This document shows positions 35,658 through 44,579 of a stretch of 64,000 nt of DNA, piece by piece. Where the stretch lies: the NCBI GenBank assembly GCA_009694805.1, contig SICM01000001.1, positions 23,657 through 87,656 on the forward strand. Reading direction: 5' to 3'. Numbering within the stretch: position 1 is the stretch's first letter; every line of letters starts with the position of its first letter. Origin of the DNA: Candidatus Latescibacterota bacterium. GTDB taxonomy: Bacteria; Latescibacterota; UBA2968; SICM01. The notes beneath the pieces were generated by a model. That model worked only from the letters and a program-made list of their open reading frames with translations. It did not search any database and was not told the DNA's origin. A program made the position numbers and the translations under genes.

Positions 35658-36739
35658 TTACCGTCTCACCCAGTCCAGGTTGCGGCCGATGAGCAGTTCT
35701 GTCATCTTCGCGTGGTGGGTGCTCTTCATCGCCACCGTTTCCATGTCGAACCCGTTCCGCCTAGCGAGATCGCGCACACCCTCGGCATCGTCGTAGGTCA
35801 TCAGAAAATCGCCCTTAATCCTGCTTGTCACTTTAAACAGTTCTTCGTGATCCATTTCAGAGCAGGTATACAACCGGCTTCCGGCCTTCTTCCCCGCCGC
35901 CGTGTATGGAGGATCGACAAAAAACACAGCATCGGAGCGACGAGCATTACGCCTGAGGACACTGTTCACTCACGATTACCAAGAATTGACATAAACAATT
36001 GTTTTATTTGATATAAAATACGGTTTCGGATTATCACGGGAACCGCCTCTTAGAGAGCCGTATTCGCCAGTGAAGCGGACTCCTATATTTCAGGCCCGAA
36101 GGCTTTCTGCCGGGGTTTTCGAGGGGCTATAATTCGGGAATGGCGAGTGAACAGTGTCCGCCTGAGAACCTCGATACCGTCCCCTTCGATGAAGGTGATG
36201 CGGTCCCGTATATCAATGATATTTAAAATTCGCTTTTTCAACGTCTGCGGATACCAGCGAGACTGGACCCCTTTTCCATTTTCACCTGTCTTTATGATTC
36301 CAGCTCCGGGGGCCATAATACCACCACGATTGATTCGATTCCTCAAGATGGTTTGAAACGCCTTCTCGTATATTGTAGAAGCGGTCAATGCTAACACTGA
36401 CTTTGCCGAGTTAATGGTAAGGTTAAAGGTCGCTATCCTGCTGGCAAGCCATTCCCCATCACCGGAAATAATCGTCCGCCAGACAGCCGCCACCTGATCA
36501 TCCAACTCTACCATGGTAACACGGTCGGTCAACCTTTCAAATGCCACAGTCAGGCTTACAATTCCGCCGCCGACAAATGGCTCGATGAATTCAGCCGGTC
36601 GAGTTTTCAGGCTTGAAAGCCACTGCCTGATGTGCGGCACAAGCCATGTCTTTCCTCCCGGATATCGGAAGGGGCTTCGCTGTGGTACTGACGCCACGTT
36701 GACGATGAAATCTTGGGGCCAACTGCCAAAGAGAGGCAT
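35658..36739 (-). pseudogene. Dam-type (D12 class) N6-adenine DNA methyltransferase, interrupted by a MITE
   Basis: The N-terminal ORF 36083..36739 has FRYPGGK and FIEPFVGGG (SAM motif). The C-terminal ORF 35658..35969 has FFVDPPY (catalytic DPPY). Deleting 35957-36159 plus one target-site copy restores ...IEGDGIEVLRRNARRSDAVFFVDPPYT... in frame. Confidence 0.9.
35957..36159. mobile_element. MITE-like non-autonomous element (~203 bp) with 12-13-bp terminal inverted repeats and a 6-7-bp target-site duplication
   Basis: TIRs are ggacactgttcac (35957-35969) and gtgaacagtgtcc (36147-36159). Flanking direct repeats gcctgag lie at 35951-35957 and 36160-36166. There is no ORF of transposase size inside. 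The interior has TTGACA-17 nt-TGATAT (35985-36013) on the plus strand. Confidence 0.85.
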
Positions 36740-36798
36740 CTGAGAAACTCGACTTATTGTTCGATAAAGTCTATCAATGTTGGAGTATTTCTAATTCC

Positions 36799-37110
36799 TC
36801 AATCCCACCAAAGAACAACGCTTCCCTGTACCATCTTCTCGTCACATTTCGGACAGGGCCACGATTCGTCCCAAACAAAGACGTTCGCGCCATTGCATCT
36901 GGGACAACGGCCAATTCGTTCTTTGTTTATGCTTTTATCGTAATCAGGTGCATCAGAAATAACTCCAACAATGACGTCAACAACTTCGGTACAGTCTCGG
37001 CAAATCATACTCTGGGTAGCTATAACCTCCCCTCTATCTGAACCGCCCGAGGCTTGCGTCTTGTAGCCACAGTTTCCGCAAGTGAACTCAACCAATATCC
37101 CCACCGTCAA
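36799..37110 (-). CDS. Small zinc-ribbon protein with four CxxC pairs; function unknown
   Basis: 103 aa with CxxC at residues 11/14, 37/40, 69/72 and 86/89. TTG start 4 nt after AAGGAG. Confidence 0.7.
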   Translation of the reverse strand: MTVGILVEFTCGNCGYKTQASGGSDRGEVIATQSMICRDCTEVVDVIVGVISDAPDYDKSINKERIGRCPRCNGANVFVWDESWPCPKCDEKMVQGSVVLWWD

Positions 37111-37148
37111 TATCTCCTTTGACCTCCGTCATGAATTTAATCTAAGCA

Positions 37149-37712
37149 TTACCCCACCCTCCCACCTCCCTCCTCAAGTCGAACCTCGTTTCGAAAGATA
37201 TGGGCAGATACTTTTCCAAAAAAAATATCTTCAAGACGGCGCGACGCCGCAATCTCTTCGCGTAAGAGAGTCGCAATAATTTCATGAAGCCGTTTCTGTT
37301 TAAAAGATGCTGCTGCCACGCAAAAATCGAGTGCCTCGTTATGAGTGAACACTCGTCCTGGAACATGGGTTTCCTTACCAATGACAATTCCATAACGAAG
37401 ATAAGGGTACACCTGTTTATGTTTTCGGGCTTTGGCGCTATAAGTCAACACGTCATGCGTTGATATTGCATCCTTAAACTCCATGACGACACGAGGGATT
37501 TCGAGATTAGGAGCGATTCCTTCAAAAACACAGAGGTCGGTCTGGAAGGCGGATTGTCCACGAACGGGCTTCTTGGGATCAATGGTCAACTCCAGACGGT
37601 TGTTAATGGTTATTTGGTAAAGCAAAGCAACTCCACGGCGGACCACAAGCGGTGACTTCAGAACTTCTTCCGCCGCTGCCATTGCCTCCAAGACGAATTG
37701 GTCTTCCTTCAT
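37149..37712 (-). CDS. PD-(D/E)xK-motif protein (restriction-endonuclease-like candidate)
   Basis: 187 aa. D59 (FQTDLCVFE) and E78-F-K80 (PRVVMEFK) fit D-x(n)-(D/E)-x-K spacing. RBS AGAGGAA. It lies next to a Dam-type methyltransferase. The assignment rests on motif and context only. Confidence 0.5.
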   Translation of the reverse strand: MKEDQFVLEAMAAAEEVLKSPLVVRRGVALLYQITINNRLELTIDPKKPVRGQSAFQTDLCVFEGIAPNLEIPRVVMEFKDAISTHDVLTYSAKARKHKQVYPYLRYGIVIGKETHVPGRVFTHNEALDFCVAAASFKQKRLHEIIATLLREEIAASRRLEDIFFGKVSAHIFRNEVRLEEGGGRVG

Positions 37713-37758
37713 CTGATTCCTCTGTATGTATGAAGGTGTATATGTACTCCTCGCGATG

Positions 37759-38025
37759 TTATTGAGTCACCAGCTTTTGCCGGAGCAGGTCGCTTGCCAG
37801 ACGGCTGACCGTGACCCCTTTCCGCCGGGCCTGTGTCCGGAGCGCCTGAGCAACATCCCCATCAATCTCAATTTCAAAGTGACGTGCCCTGAACTTCGTC
37901 ACCACATCTACATCACGAAAAGCATTCGGATAGTCCGTCGTATCGTGAGTATCCCAGAACTCGGCTGCTTTTTCGTAGCTGGAGAATTCCTCCGGTATAG
38001 GGTCAACTTCCTTTCTTTTGCGCAC
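37759..38025 (-). CDS. brnA: BrnA-like (CopG/RHH-type) antitoxin
   Basis: 88 aa, EFWDTHDTTDY... with a C-terminal RHH-like segment. GTG start 8 nt after AAGGAGG. It overlaps the upstream toxin gene by 23 nt; toxin-first order is typical of brnTA. Confidence 0.7.
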   Translation of the reverse strand: MRKRKEVDPIPEEFSSYEKAAEFWDTHDTTDYPNAFRDVDVVTKFRARHFEIEIDGDVAQALRTQARRKGVTVSRLASDLLRQKLVTQ

Positions 38026-38305
38026 GGTAGTACCTCCTTTCAGATAGGGTCATATCACGGGCTGAAATCGGCAAGGCGGCAGTTCGGTGTTTATGGATGA
38101 AAAAGATAATCAGGTATCTGCCTGCCGCTGTCTGTCCATAGGCTACATACAGATTCTCATCTTTCACCCGTCCTTTTTCAGCCATGCGGATGTGCGGCTC
38201 TGAGAACAGGACTTCTTCAACTTCGTCGGTCGTTATCTCATGCTTGTCAGCTATCTTCTCGACGAATCTATCCAACCAGATGACGTCATAGAGCCGCAAA
38301 ATCAA
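38003..38305 (-). CDS. brnT: BrnT-like (DUF497) toxin
   Basis: 100 aa. The C-terminal ...LPISARDMTLSERRYY resembles the DUF497 I-ISAR-x-A-x-x-E-x-x-x-Y signature. TTG start after AAGGGG. Confidence 0.6.
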   Translation of the reverse strand: MILRLYDVIWLDRFVEKIADKHEITTDEVEEVLFSEPHIRMAEKGRVKDENLYVAYGQTAAGRYLIIFFIHKHRTAALPISARDMTLSERRYYRAQKKGS

Positions 38306-38320
38306 TCCCCTTATGAACGA

Positions 38321-38725
38321 TCAATACAACGCGTCCAGTTCCGGCCTGAGCACGACGCTCTCCTGCTCATTCGGGTCGGTCCGGGCGATCACGGCCGTGC
38401 AGGCCTCGGTCTCGCTGGAATTGTAGGGCAGGTGGGGCACGCCAGCAGGGATGTACAGGAACTCCCCGGCCCGCACAACCAGATGCTCCTCCAACTTCTC
38501 GCCGTACCACATCCCGGCCTGGCCGCTGATGACGTGAATGGCCGTCTCGTGGTCCTCGTGCAGATGCGCCCTGGCCCGCCCGCCGGGGGGGATGGTCAGG
38601 AGATGCATGCAGATCCTCCGGGCGCCGGTGTTCTCCGCCGAGATGCCCGCAAAATACGTGAACGCCTGCTTGCCCTGGTAGGTCTCTCCGGCGTGAACCA
38701 CGGCACAGGTCGGCCTGGACGCCAT
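38321..38725 (-). CDS. Cupin domain protein
   Basis: 134 aa with HLHEDHETAIHVISGQ...GEFLYIPAGVPHLP cupin motifs. Confidence 0.8.
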   Translation of the reverse strand: MASRPTCAVVHAGETYQGKQAFTYFAGISAENTGARRICMHLLTIPPGGRARAHLHEDHETAIHVISGQAGMWYGEKLEEHLVVRAGEFLYIPAGVPHLPYNSSETEACTAVIARTDPNEQESVVLRPELDALY

Positions 38726-38750
38726 CGCGATCTCTCCTCTCCAGCGGAGC

Positions 38751-38778
38751 AGGGGCAGGCACAGGGGCCTGCCCCTAC
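38751..38778. repeat. GTAGGGGC-type REP hairpin, 28-mer identical to 63070-63097
   Basis: aggggcaggc-acaggg-gcctgcccct-ac. It is followed by a second hairpin, gggacgcga-tgaa-tcgcgcccc(tac), at 38808-38832, and by the short tandem motifs attactc x2 and cttggcg x3 up to ~38915. Confidence 0.85.
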
Positions 38779-38927
38779 CTCAGAAACTCACATGCCCGGC
38801 TACCTTTGGGACGCGATGAATCGCGCCCCTACTCCCGAATACGGTGAATCATCGTGCTGTTCCCAATTACTCGATTACTCAATCTCCCTTCTCTCTTGGC
38901 GTGCTTGGCGACTTGGCGGTTCAATTT

Positions 38928-41900
38928 TTACACCGGCCTCAGCAGGTTCACCGTCCCCGCTGCCGTGGCGCACAGGACATCCCCCTCCGCCGCCACGGCC
39001 CGCAGGTGCGTCACCTCTCCGTCCACGGCCTGGCCCGCCAGCAGCGCGCCCGACCCGTCGTAGAGCCGCACCTCCCCCGTGCCGAACCCCACCGCGATCT
39101 CCGCCTTCCCGTCGCCGTCCGCGTCCAGGGCCGTCAGCCACGTGATCTTGTCGATCAGGTCCCGCCGGAAGACCGGCGTCCCGTCCGCCCGGAAGCAGGC
39201 CAGCTGTCCCACGTCGCTCCCCGCGATCGCCTCCAGTTTCCCATCCCCGTCCACGTCCGCCAGCGCGAGGTCCTCCATCTCCCCGCCCAGGTTGTGCGTC
39301 CAGACCGTCTCCGCCTTCTCGCCCCGCACGGCCAGCACCCCCCGCCAGTCCCCGTAGAGCACCTCCGGCCGGCCATCCCCGTCCAGGTCCGCCGCCAGGA
39401 TCGTCGGGGACACGCAGCCCGACCGCTTCCGCCACCGCCCCGTCCCGTCCGGGTTCAGGCAGTTCATCGTGTAGTACTCCGTCCCCACCATCACCTCCTG
39501 TTTCCCGTCCCCGTCCAGATCCACCGGCAGGCAGCCCGTGACGCAGTGGTAGTGCGTCTCCGTCTGCCAGCGCAGCGTCCCGTCCGCCTCGAACGCGTGG
39601 AACAGCCACCCCTCGGTCCCGGCCAGGATCTGCGTCCTCCCGTCCCCCCCCAGGTCCGCCGACGAGATTACCATCAGGCGCTGCGCCCGCATCCCGCTGC
39701 CGGGGGGGAACAGGTGCTCCCATCGCACCCGGCCGTCCCCGTCCAGGACGTGCAGCACGCAGTCCTTCGTCCCCACCATCACCTCCTGCCGCCCGTCTCC
39801 GTCCACGTCCGCCAGATGGACCGCCCGCACCCCGCCCTTCGCGTCGAACGACCAGCGCGTCCCGCCATCCGGCGCCAGGCAGAGGACCCTGCCCGCCGCC
39901 GTCCCGACCACGTGCCCCCCCGGACCGGAGGCAGCGGCCGTCACGCCCCCCCCACACGCCACGGACCAGACCGCCTCGAACCCCGCCCGCGCCGGGCGCT
40001 CTTTCTCTGGGATCACCACCCGCGCCGGCGCAGTCCCCGCCCGCCCGGACACCAGCTTCGCGAACAGACCCGCCGCCTTCGGCGTGACCGTGATCCTATG
40101 CTTCCCCCCCTGGACCTTGAACCAGATCATCCCCTCCGACCCGCCCGTGACCCGCTTCCCGTCCACGGTCACGGCCTCCGCCCGCAGCCCCACGTGCGTC
40201 TCCTCGCGGGCCAGGATCGTCCCCTGCCCCTTGGCCAGGTCCATCTCGATGGACACCGGCGACCACGCCCGGAACAGCGTCCTGCCGTACGACAGCGAGG
40301 TGCCCTCGACCAGCGCATAACCGTCCGCCTCCACCCGGAACAGACGCCCCTCGGCCTCCAGGTCCCCGCGCCGGTAACTCGGATCGGCCACACCCGCCAG
40401 GACCGTCCCCTGCCGCTCCCCACCCCGCCGACGGTCCGTGATCCGCACGGAAGATTCGTCGACGCGATCCACCGCGAACGCCTGCGGGTGCTTGCGGTTG
40501 GACGGATACAGCAGGTTGATGTAGCACATCCGCTCGCCCGCCGACAGGGCCGTCCGCTGCGCCTGGTGCCACATCTTCACCTTGCCGTCCGCGTGCGGAT
40601 AGTTGGCCCAGTTGCCCTCCCAGTCCGGCGCGAAGTCCGCCTCCCGGTCGGTCAGCGACTTGAGCGATCCGTCGGCATTGGCGATGTGAAAACACTCCTG
40701 GCCCTGCGTGACGTTCAGCGTCGCCCCCTGGGCCTCGGCCTCGCCCAGGACCCGCCAGATGCAGTCCAGGGCGTAGTCCCCCTTCGCCAGCGCATCCACC
40801 GCGTCGATCACCAGGAAGTAGCTCCCCTTCCGCCAGAGGATCGCCCGGCCCCAGTTCGTCCCGTTGTCGTGCAGGGACTTGGTCAGGCTGTAGCCCCACC
40901 CCTCGAAGTCCGCCAGGGCCTTGAGGGCGATCAGCGGCGGCTTCTGGTGGCACTCCCCGTCCTTCACGATCACCACGCTGTTGTGGTACCGGGCCAGTCG
41001 GCGGATGTAGTCCAGGTCCGCCAGCCAGATCCGCCCGTTCCAGCAGAGCCGCAGGATCGCGTTGCCATCCTCGTGGGAGTGCGAGAACCCCGTCGGCCCA
41101 TCCATCACCAGGTACTCGCTCTCCTCCGTGAACGCCCGCCGGAGCGCCAGCTTGTCCAGGGCCTCGGAGGGGGAAGCGCTGATCTCCCCCGGCTCCGCGT
41201 CCGCCAGGGGGAGGTTGAGCATGGAACCCACATCCACGCGGTACCGGTACCCCTCGCCGCGCCCCACAAGAAAGCGGTAGGCCGCGCTGTCCAGCAGCGC
41301 CGCCTGCGCCCCCAGCAGGTCCTTCGGTTCCACGGCCCGGATGTCCCGGAAGAAGAACCCGTCATAGACCTCCCACCCCCCGATGCCCCACGACGTGCCA
41401 GCCTTGAACGAGTCCTCCCAGTCCTTCCCCTTCTTGTACCAGTCGTAGGCCCACCGGTAGCGCCCGTCGTTGTAGAACCAGGCCGCCGCCGACAGCGCCT
41501 GGAGGCCGCTGGGTCGGGACTGCCGGGACGCCCGGTAGGCCCCCACGTCCCCGTAGGACACGTCGTCGCCCAGGCTGTCCGTGGTCAGGATCGTCGAGTC
41601 CACCAGCCGCTTGAGGTGGCCGTCCTCCAGAAACTTCAGGTCCCCCGTCATCGCCCCGTGCTTGATGATGTGCCCCGGCGTCAGCCAGACGTAGCCCGTG
41701 CCCGCGTTGTCGTTCGGCTTGTAGGACCGGGCGTGGAGCTTCAGGATGCGGTCCGAGATCGGCACGTGCCGGTCGAAGTCCGTCAGCCCGTAGTGCTTCT
41801 TGAAATACCGCGCCCCGGAGAACACCGTCAGCGCCGCGAAGCTCTGGTGGTTCTGCTGCTGCGCGACCTCGTCCACGGACTTCAGCCGGTAGTAGGACAG

Positions 41901-42767
41901 GTTCGAGGACCACCGGACGATGTTGTAGAGCGCGTTCGTCATCTTCAGCCGGTCCTCGTCGCTGAGGACCTCCCCCTCCTCCACCAGGTCCCACACCATC
42001 AGCATCCGGTAGCCCCAGAAGTAGAGGTGTGTGCCCTGCGCCAGGCACCAGTCCCCCACCCGGTGCGCCAGGTCGATGAAATGCAGGAACTCCTCCCGCA
42101 TCATCCGTCCCCAGACCTCCTGTCCGGACAGGTGATACAGCATGCCGTGGTCCACCATCCGGCGCAGGGGCCCCTGGCTCCCGGACAGCGTCACCTGCTC
42201 GTTCACCTCGTCGATGATCCGGCGGGCCTCCGCATCGTCCGGCGGCGTCTGCGGGTTGTGCCGGGACACGGACAGATTGACCCGCCCGATCCGCCGGCCC
42301 TGCCCCGCCACGATCTCTGCAAAGGCATCAACCGCCCGCTTCACGCCCTTCGCCGTGCTCCCCCCCAGCAGGACCACGTTGCGCCCGTGCCCGAACGGGT
42401 TGTGGATCGTGCGCACCTCGTACCCGTCCCCGCCCGGGTAGTAGTCGTCCGTGAACGAATAGAAGTTCATGCCCAGGTGCCGGACCACCGGGTTGGTGTG
42501 GAAGCTCCCGGCGGCCACGATCGTGCGCGTCCGGTAGTCCTTCTCCGTCACCTCGTCCCCGCGCCGCACCTCCGCGCCCTTCCCCAGGACCCCGGCGATC
42601 TTTCTTCCGACCTGCGTCCCCTCCTTCCCGTCGGGCGGCACGACCAGCGCCCGCGACAGGTCGGTCTCCAGATGCAGATCCTTCAGCTTCGGAAGCTCCA
42701 GAAACTCGCTGACGATGTCGTAGGACTCCTGCTTGCGGCGTTGCGCGCTACGATGTTCGGATGGCAT
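38928..42767 (-). CDS. Giant heparinase II/III-like protein with C-terminal FG-GAP/VCBS beta-propeller repeats
   Basis: Start at the ATG at 42767 with RBS GGGAGG. Central HEDGNAILRLCW...YHNSVVI (heparinase II/III-like). At least five D(V/L/A)DGDG(R/K)xE(V/I)xxG FG-GAP-type Ca-binding repeats in the last ~400 aa. Confidence 0.8.
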   Translation of the reverse strand: MPSEHRSAQRRKQESYDIVSEFLELPKLKDLHLETDLSRALVVPPDGKEGTQVGRKIAGVLGKGAEVRRGDEVTEKDYRTRTIVAAGSFHTNPVVRHLGMNFYSFTDDYYPGGDGYEVRTIHNPFGHGRNVVLLGGSTAKGVKRAVDAFAEIVAGQGRRIGRVNLSVSRHNPQTPPDDAEARRIIDEVNEQVTLSGSQGPLRRMVDHGMLYHLSGQEVWGRMMREEFLHFIDLAHRVGDWCLAQGTHLYFWGYRMLMVWDLVEEGEVLSDEDRLKMTNALYNIVRWSSNLSYYRLKSVDEVAQQQNHQSFAALTVFSGARYFKKHYGLTDFDRHVPISDRILKLHARSYKPNDNAGTGYVWLTPGHIIKHGAMTGDLKFLEDGHLKRLVDSTILTTDSLGDDVSYGDVGAYRASRQSRPSGLQALSAAAWFYNDGRYRWAYDWYKKGKDWEDSFKAGTSWGIGGWEVYDGFFFRDIRAVEPKDLLGAQAALLDSAAYRFLVGRGEGYRYRVDVGSMLNLPLADAEPGEISASPSEALDKLALRRAFTEESEYLVMDGPTGFSHSHEDGNAILRLCWNGRIWLADLDYIRRLARYHNSVVIVKDGECHQKPPLIALKALADFEGWGYSLTKSLHDNGTNWGRAILWRKGSYFLVIDAVDALAKGDYALDCIWRVLGEAEAQGATLNVTQGQECFHIANADGSLKSLTDREADFAPDWEGNWANYPHADGKVKMWHQAQRTALSAGERMCYINLLYPSNRKHPQAFAVDRVDESSVRITDRRRGGERQGTVLAGVADPSYRRGDLEAEGRLFRVEADGYALVEGTSLSYGRTLFRAWSPVSIEMDLAKGQGTILAREETHVGLRAEAVTVDGKRVTGGSEGMIWFKVQGGKHRITVTPKAAGLFAKLVSGRAGTAPARVVIPEKERPARAGFEAVWSVACGGGVTAAASGPGGHVVGTAAGRVLCLAPDGGTRWSFDAKGGVRAVHLADVDGDGRQEVMVGTKDCVLHVLDGDGRVRWEHLFPPGSGMRAQRLMVISSADLGGDGRTQILAGTEGWLFHAFEADGTLRWQTETHYHCVTGCLPVDLDGDGKQEVMVGTEYYTMNCLNPDGTGRWRKRSGCVSPTILAADLDGDGRPEVLYGDWRGVLAVRGEKAETVWTHNLGGEMEDLALADVDGDGKLEAIAGSDVGQLACFRADGTPVFRRDLIDKITWLTALDADGDGKAEIAVGFGTGEVRLYDGSGALLAGQAVDGEVTHLRAVAAEGDVLCATAAGTVNLLRPV

Positions 42768-42801
42768 GGCAGACCTCCCTCTGTGAGCGTTCCGCAACTC
42801 G

Positions 42802-44571
42802 TTATCTTGAAAAAGACAACCGCACCGTCATCTCCGGCTCCAGATCAAAGATCAGAATTCCATGAAAGTCCCCGTCCGCGTTCTCCACCCGGATGAACTC
42901 CCTGGCATTCGTGTCAAAGGGGTATTTCGTAAACTCACGGGGGATGTCCCACACGGCCAGCCGGTAGCCCGGGAAGACCGCTCCCTCCGTAATACGGTAA
43001 TAGATCTCATAAGAACGCTCGTCGAACCGGACCTCCACGGCAATTTTGGGGTCCGGCACGATCACCTCCGGCCGGCCCTGCACGGGGAACCGCAGGCCAT
43101 CCTCCGACATCTCCCGTCCCGGGGTAGGGTTCAGCCCGTATCCCACGAAGGCCTCGCGCGGCCTCCGGTCGCTGTAATCGTACCAGAGCAGGGGTTTCAG
43201 ACACGCGTACTCGAACCGGCACTGGCCCTGCGCGTCTTCATAGTAGATCAGTTCCCGCGAGGTGGGCTTGGCCCAGATGCGGGGGCGGCGCTTCCGGACC
43301 TCCTCCAGCCCCTCGTGAAACGGCAGGACCCCCCGATGGATGTCGATCCCGTCGTTGCACCACTCCGGGGACCAGGTCCGGTCGTAGGGCCAGTCGTGCG
43401 TGAGAGAGGAGTAGACGCGGCGCGGCTGCGGGCCGGGGTGGTCGCGCAGATAGTCCGCCATGTCCGTACACCGGGCGAAGACGATGGGGTATTTTCGCGC
43501 GTGCTCGAAGGCCGTGTCGTCGATGAAATCTCTCCCAAACGCCAGTTGCTGTTCTTGCGGCCAGTCCCGCTTCGGCCACAACCCCCACGGCCTGTAACCG
43601 AACGTCAGCAGTGTCGGCACGAACACCGGACCGCCCCCGCTGTTTCGGGGGACCAGGACGTGTTCCCGCGCCGCCATGTCCACGTGAGGCCCGGCCACCC
43701 CCCAGTTGCACTCCGACGCCAGCATGTGAAAATCCGGCGGCCCGTGAAAGTGAAACCCCGCGCAAAAGTCCATGATCATGCCCATCATCTTCGACGGTCC
43801 GGAGGCGGGCGACAGGAAGTCCCCCTCCGACATCCAGTAGGGGAACCATGGCGCGCCCCGGTGCCCCTCCCCCTCGGCGATGATCCCGTCCAGTACGTCG
43901 AACCCCCGCTCCCGGTACATCGCCACCGACCCCGGAAACGCCTGCCAGTCCAGGACCGCCCGGTCCACGCGAATGCCCGCCGCGCGCATCCGGCCCACCG
44001 CGTCGTCGATGTGAACGCCCAGGTCGAGCGCCGGGTCCTGCCGGACCTTCCAGCCGGAACTGAACCACGGCATGATCAGGTCATCGAAGACTTCCTGGTA
44101 TTCCAGGAGCTTTGCCAGATGCCCCTTCTCCGGGTCCAGCGTAGCGGGAAGCCGGTCCACGGCGAGCGTCCAGTCGATGGGGATACCCCCGTTGCGCATC
44201 TCCGGCCCTGCCGGCGGCGGTTGCTCGGCGCTGTAGGCCAGCACCCGGTAGACGAGGGTTTCGGGCCTGACCGCCGCAAAGTACCGGTAGAGCGTCCGCT
44301 CCGGCGTGCGCAGCCGCGCCAGGTAGTTGCCCGACTCCTCCGGACGGTAGACGACCTCCGTCGCGCCGTCGGAAAGGTCAAACTTCACCGACGGCAGGTC
44401 GTCCAGCCACGCCAGCCGGCCCTCCCGGCGCCGCGCCGTCGCTGGGTCGCAGCCCTCCAGGTACCGGGGAAAGATACGGAACTCCGCGCCCTCGCCTGCA
44501 CGGATGGAGAATCGAATTGCTTCTCCGGCGTCCACGAGTCTCCGGCTGACGTGACAGGTTGTTTCTGGCAT
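42802..44571 (-). CDS. Hypothetical protein (~589 aa); family not recognised
   Basis: Long ORF with normal composition. I prefer the ATG at 44571 (MPETTCHV) over the listed TTG at 44583. Confidence 0.65.
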   Translation of the reverse strand: MPETTCHVSRRLVDAGEAIRFSIRAGEGAEFRIFPRYLEGCDPATARRREGRLAWLDDLPSVKFDLSDGATEVVYRPEESGNYLARLRTPERTLYRYFAAVRPETLVYRVLAYSAEQPPPAGPEMRNGGIPIDWTLAVDRLPATLDPEKGHLAKLLEYQEVFDDLIMPWFSSGWKVRQDPALDLGVHIDDAVGRMRAAGIRVDRAVLDWQAFPGSVAMYRERGFDVLDGIIAEGEGHRGAPWFPYWMSEGDFLSPASGPSKMMGMIMDFCAGFHFHGPPDFHMLASECNWGVAGPHVDMAAREHVLVPRNSGGGPVFVPTLLTFGYRPWGLWPKRDWPQEQQLAFGRDFIDDTAFEHARKYPIVFARCTDMADYLRDHPGPQPRRVYSSLTHDWPYDRTWSPEWCNDGIDIHRGVLPFHEGLEEVRKRRPRIWAKPTSRELIYYEDAQGQCRFEYACLKPLLWYDYSDRRPREAFVGYGLNPTPGREMSEDGLRFPVQGRPEVIVPDPKIAVEVRFDERSYEIYYRITEGAVFPGYRLAVWDIPREFTKYPFDTNAREFIRVENADGDFHGILIFDLEPEMTVRLSFSR

Positions 44572-44579
44572 ACCCTGCT

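Noticed and set aside
35985-36013. Calling the TTGACA-17-TGATAT inside the MITE a functional promoter feature.
   Set aside because: The sequence match alone in AT-rich DNA is weak evidence. It is mentioned only within the MITE finding.
35650-38313. Imperfect ~10-11-nt direct repeat at both borders of the AT-rich cassette, read as att-like integration scars.
   Set aside because: This is kept only as a weak note. The match is short and imperfect, and both copies coincide with stop/RBS contexts (TAAGAGGGATT versus TAAGGGGATT) that could be similar for functional reasons. No integrase is present.
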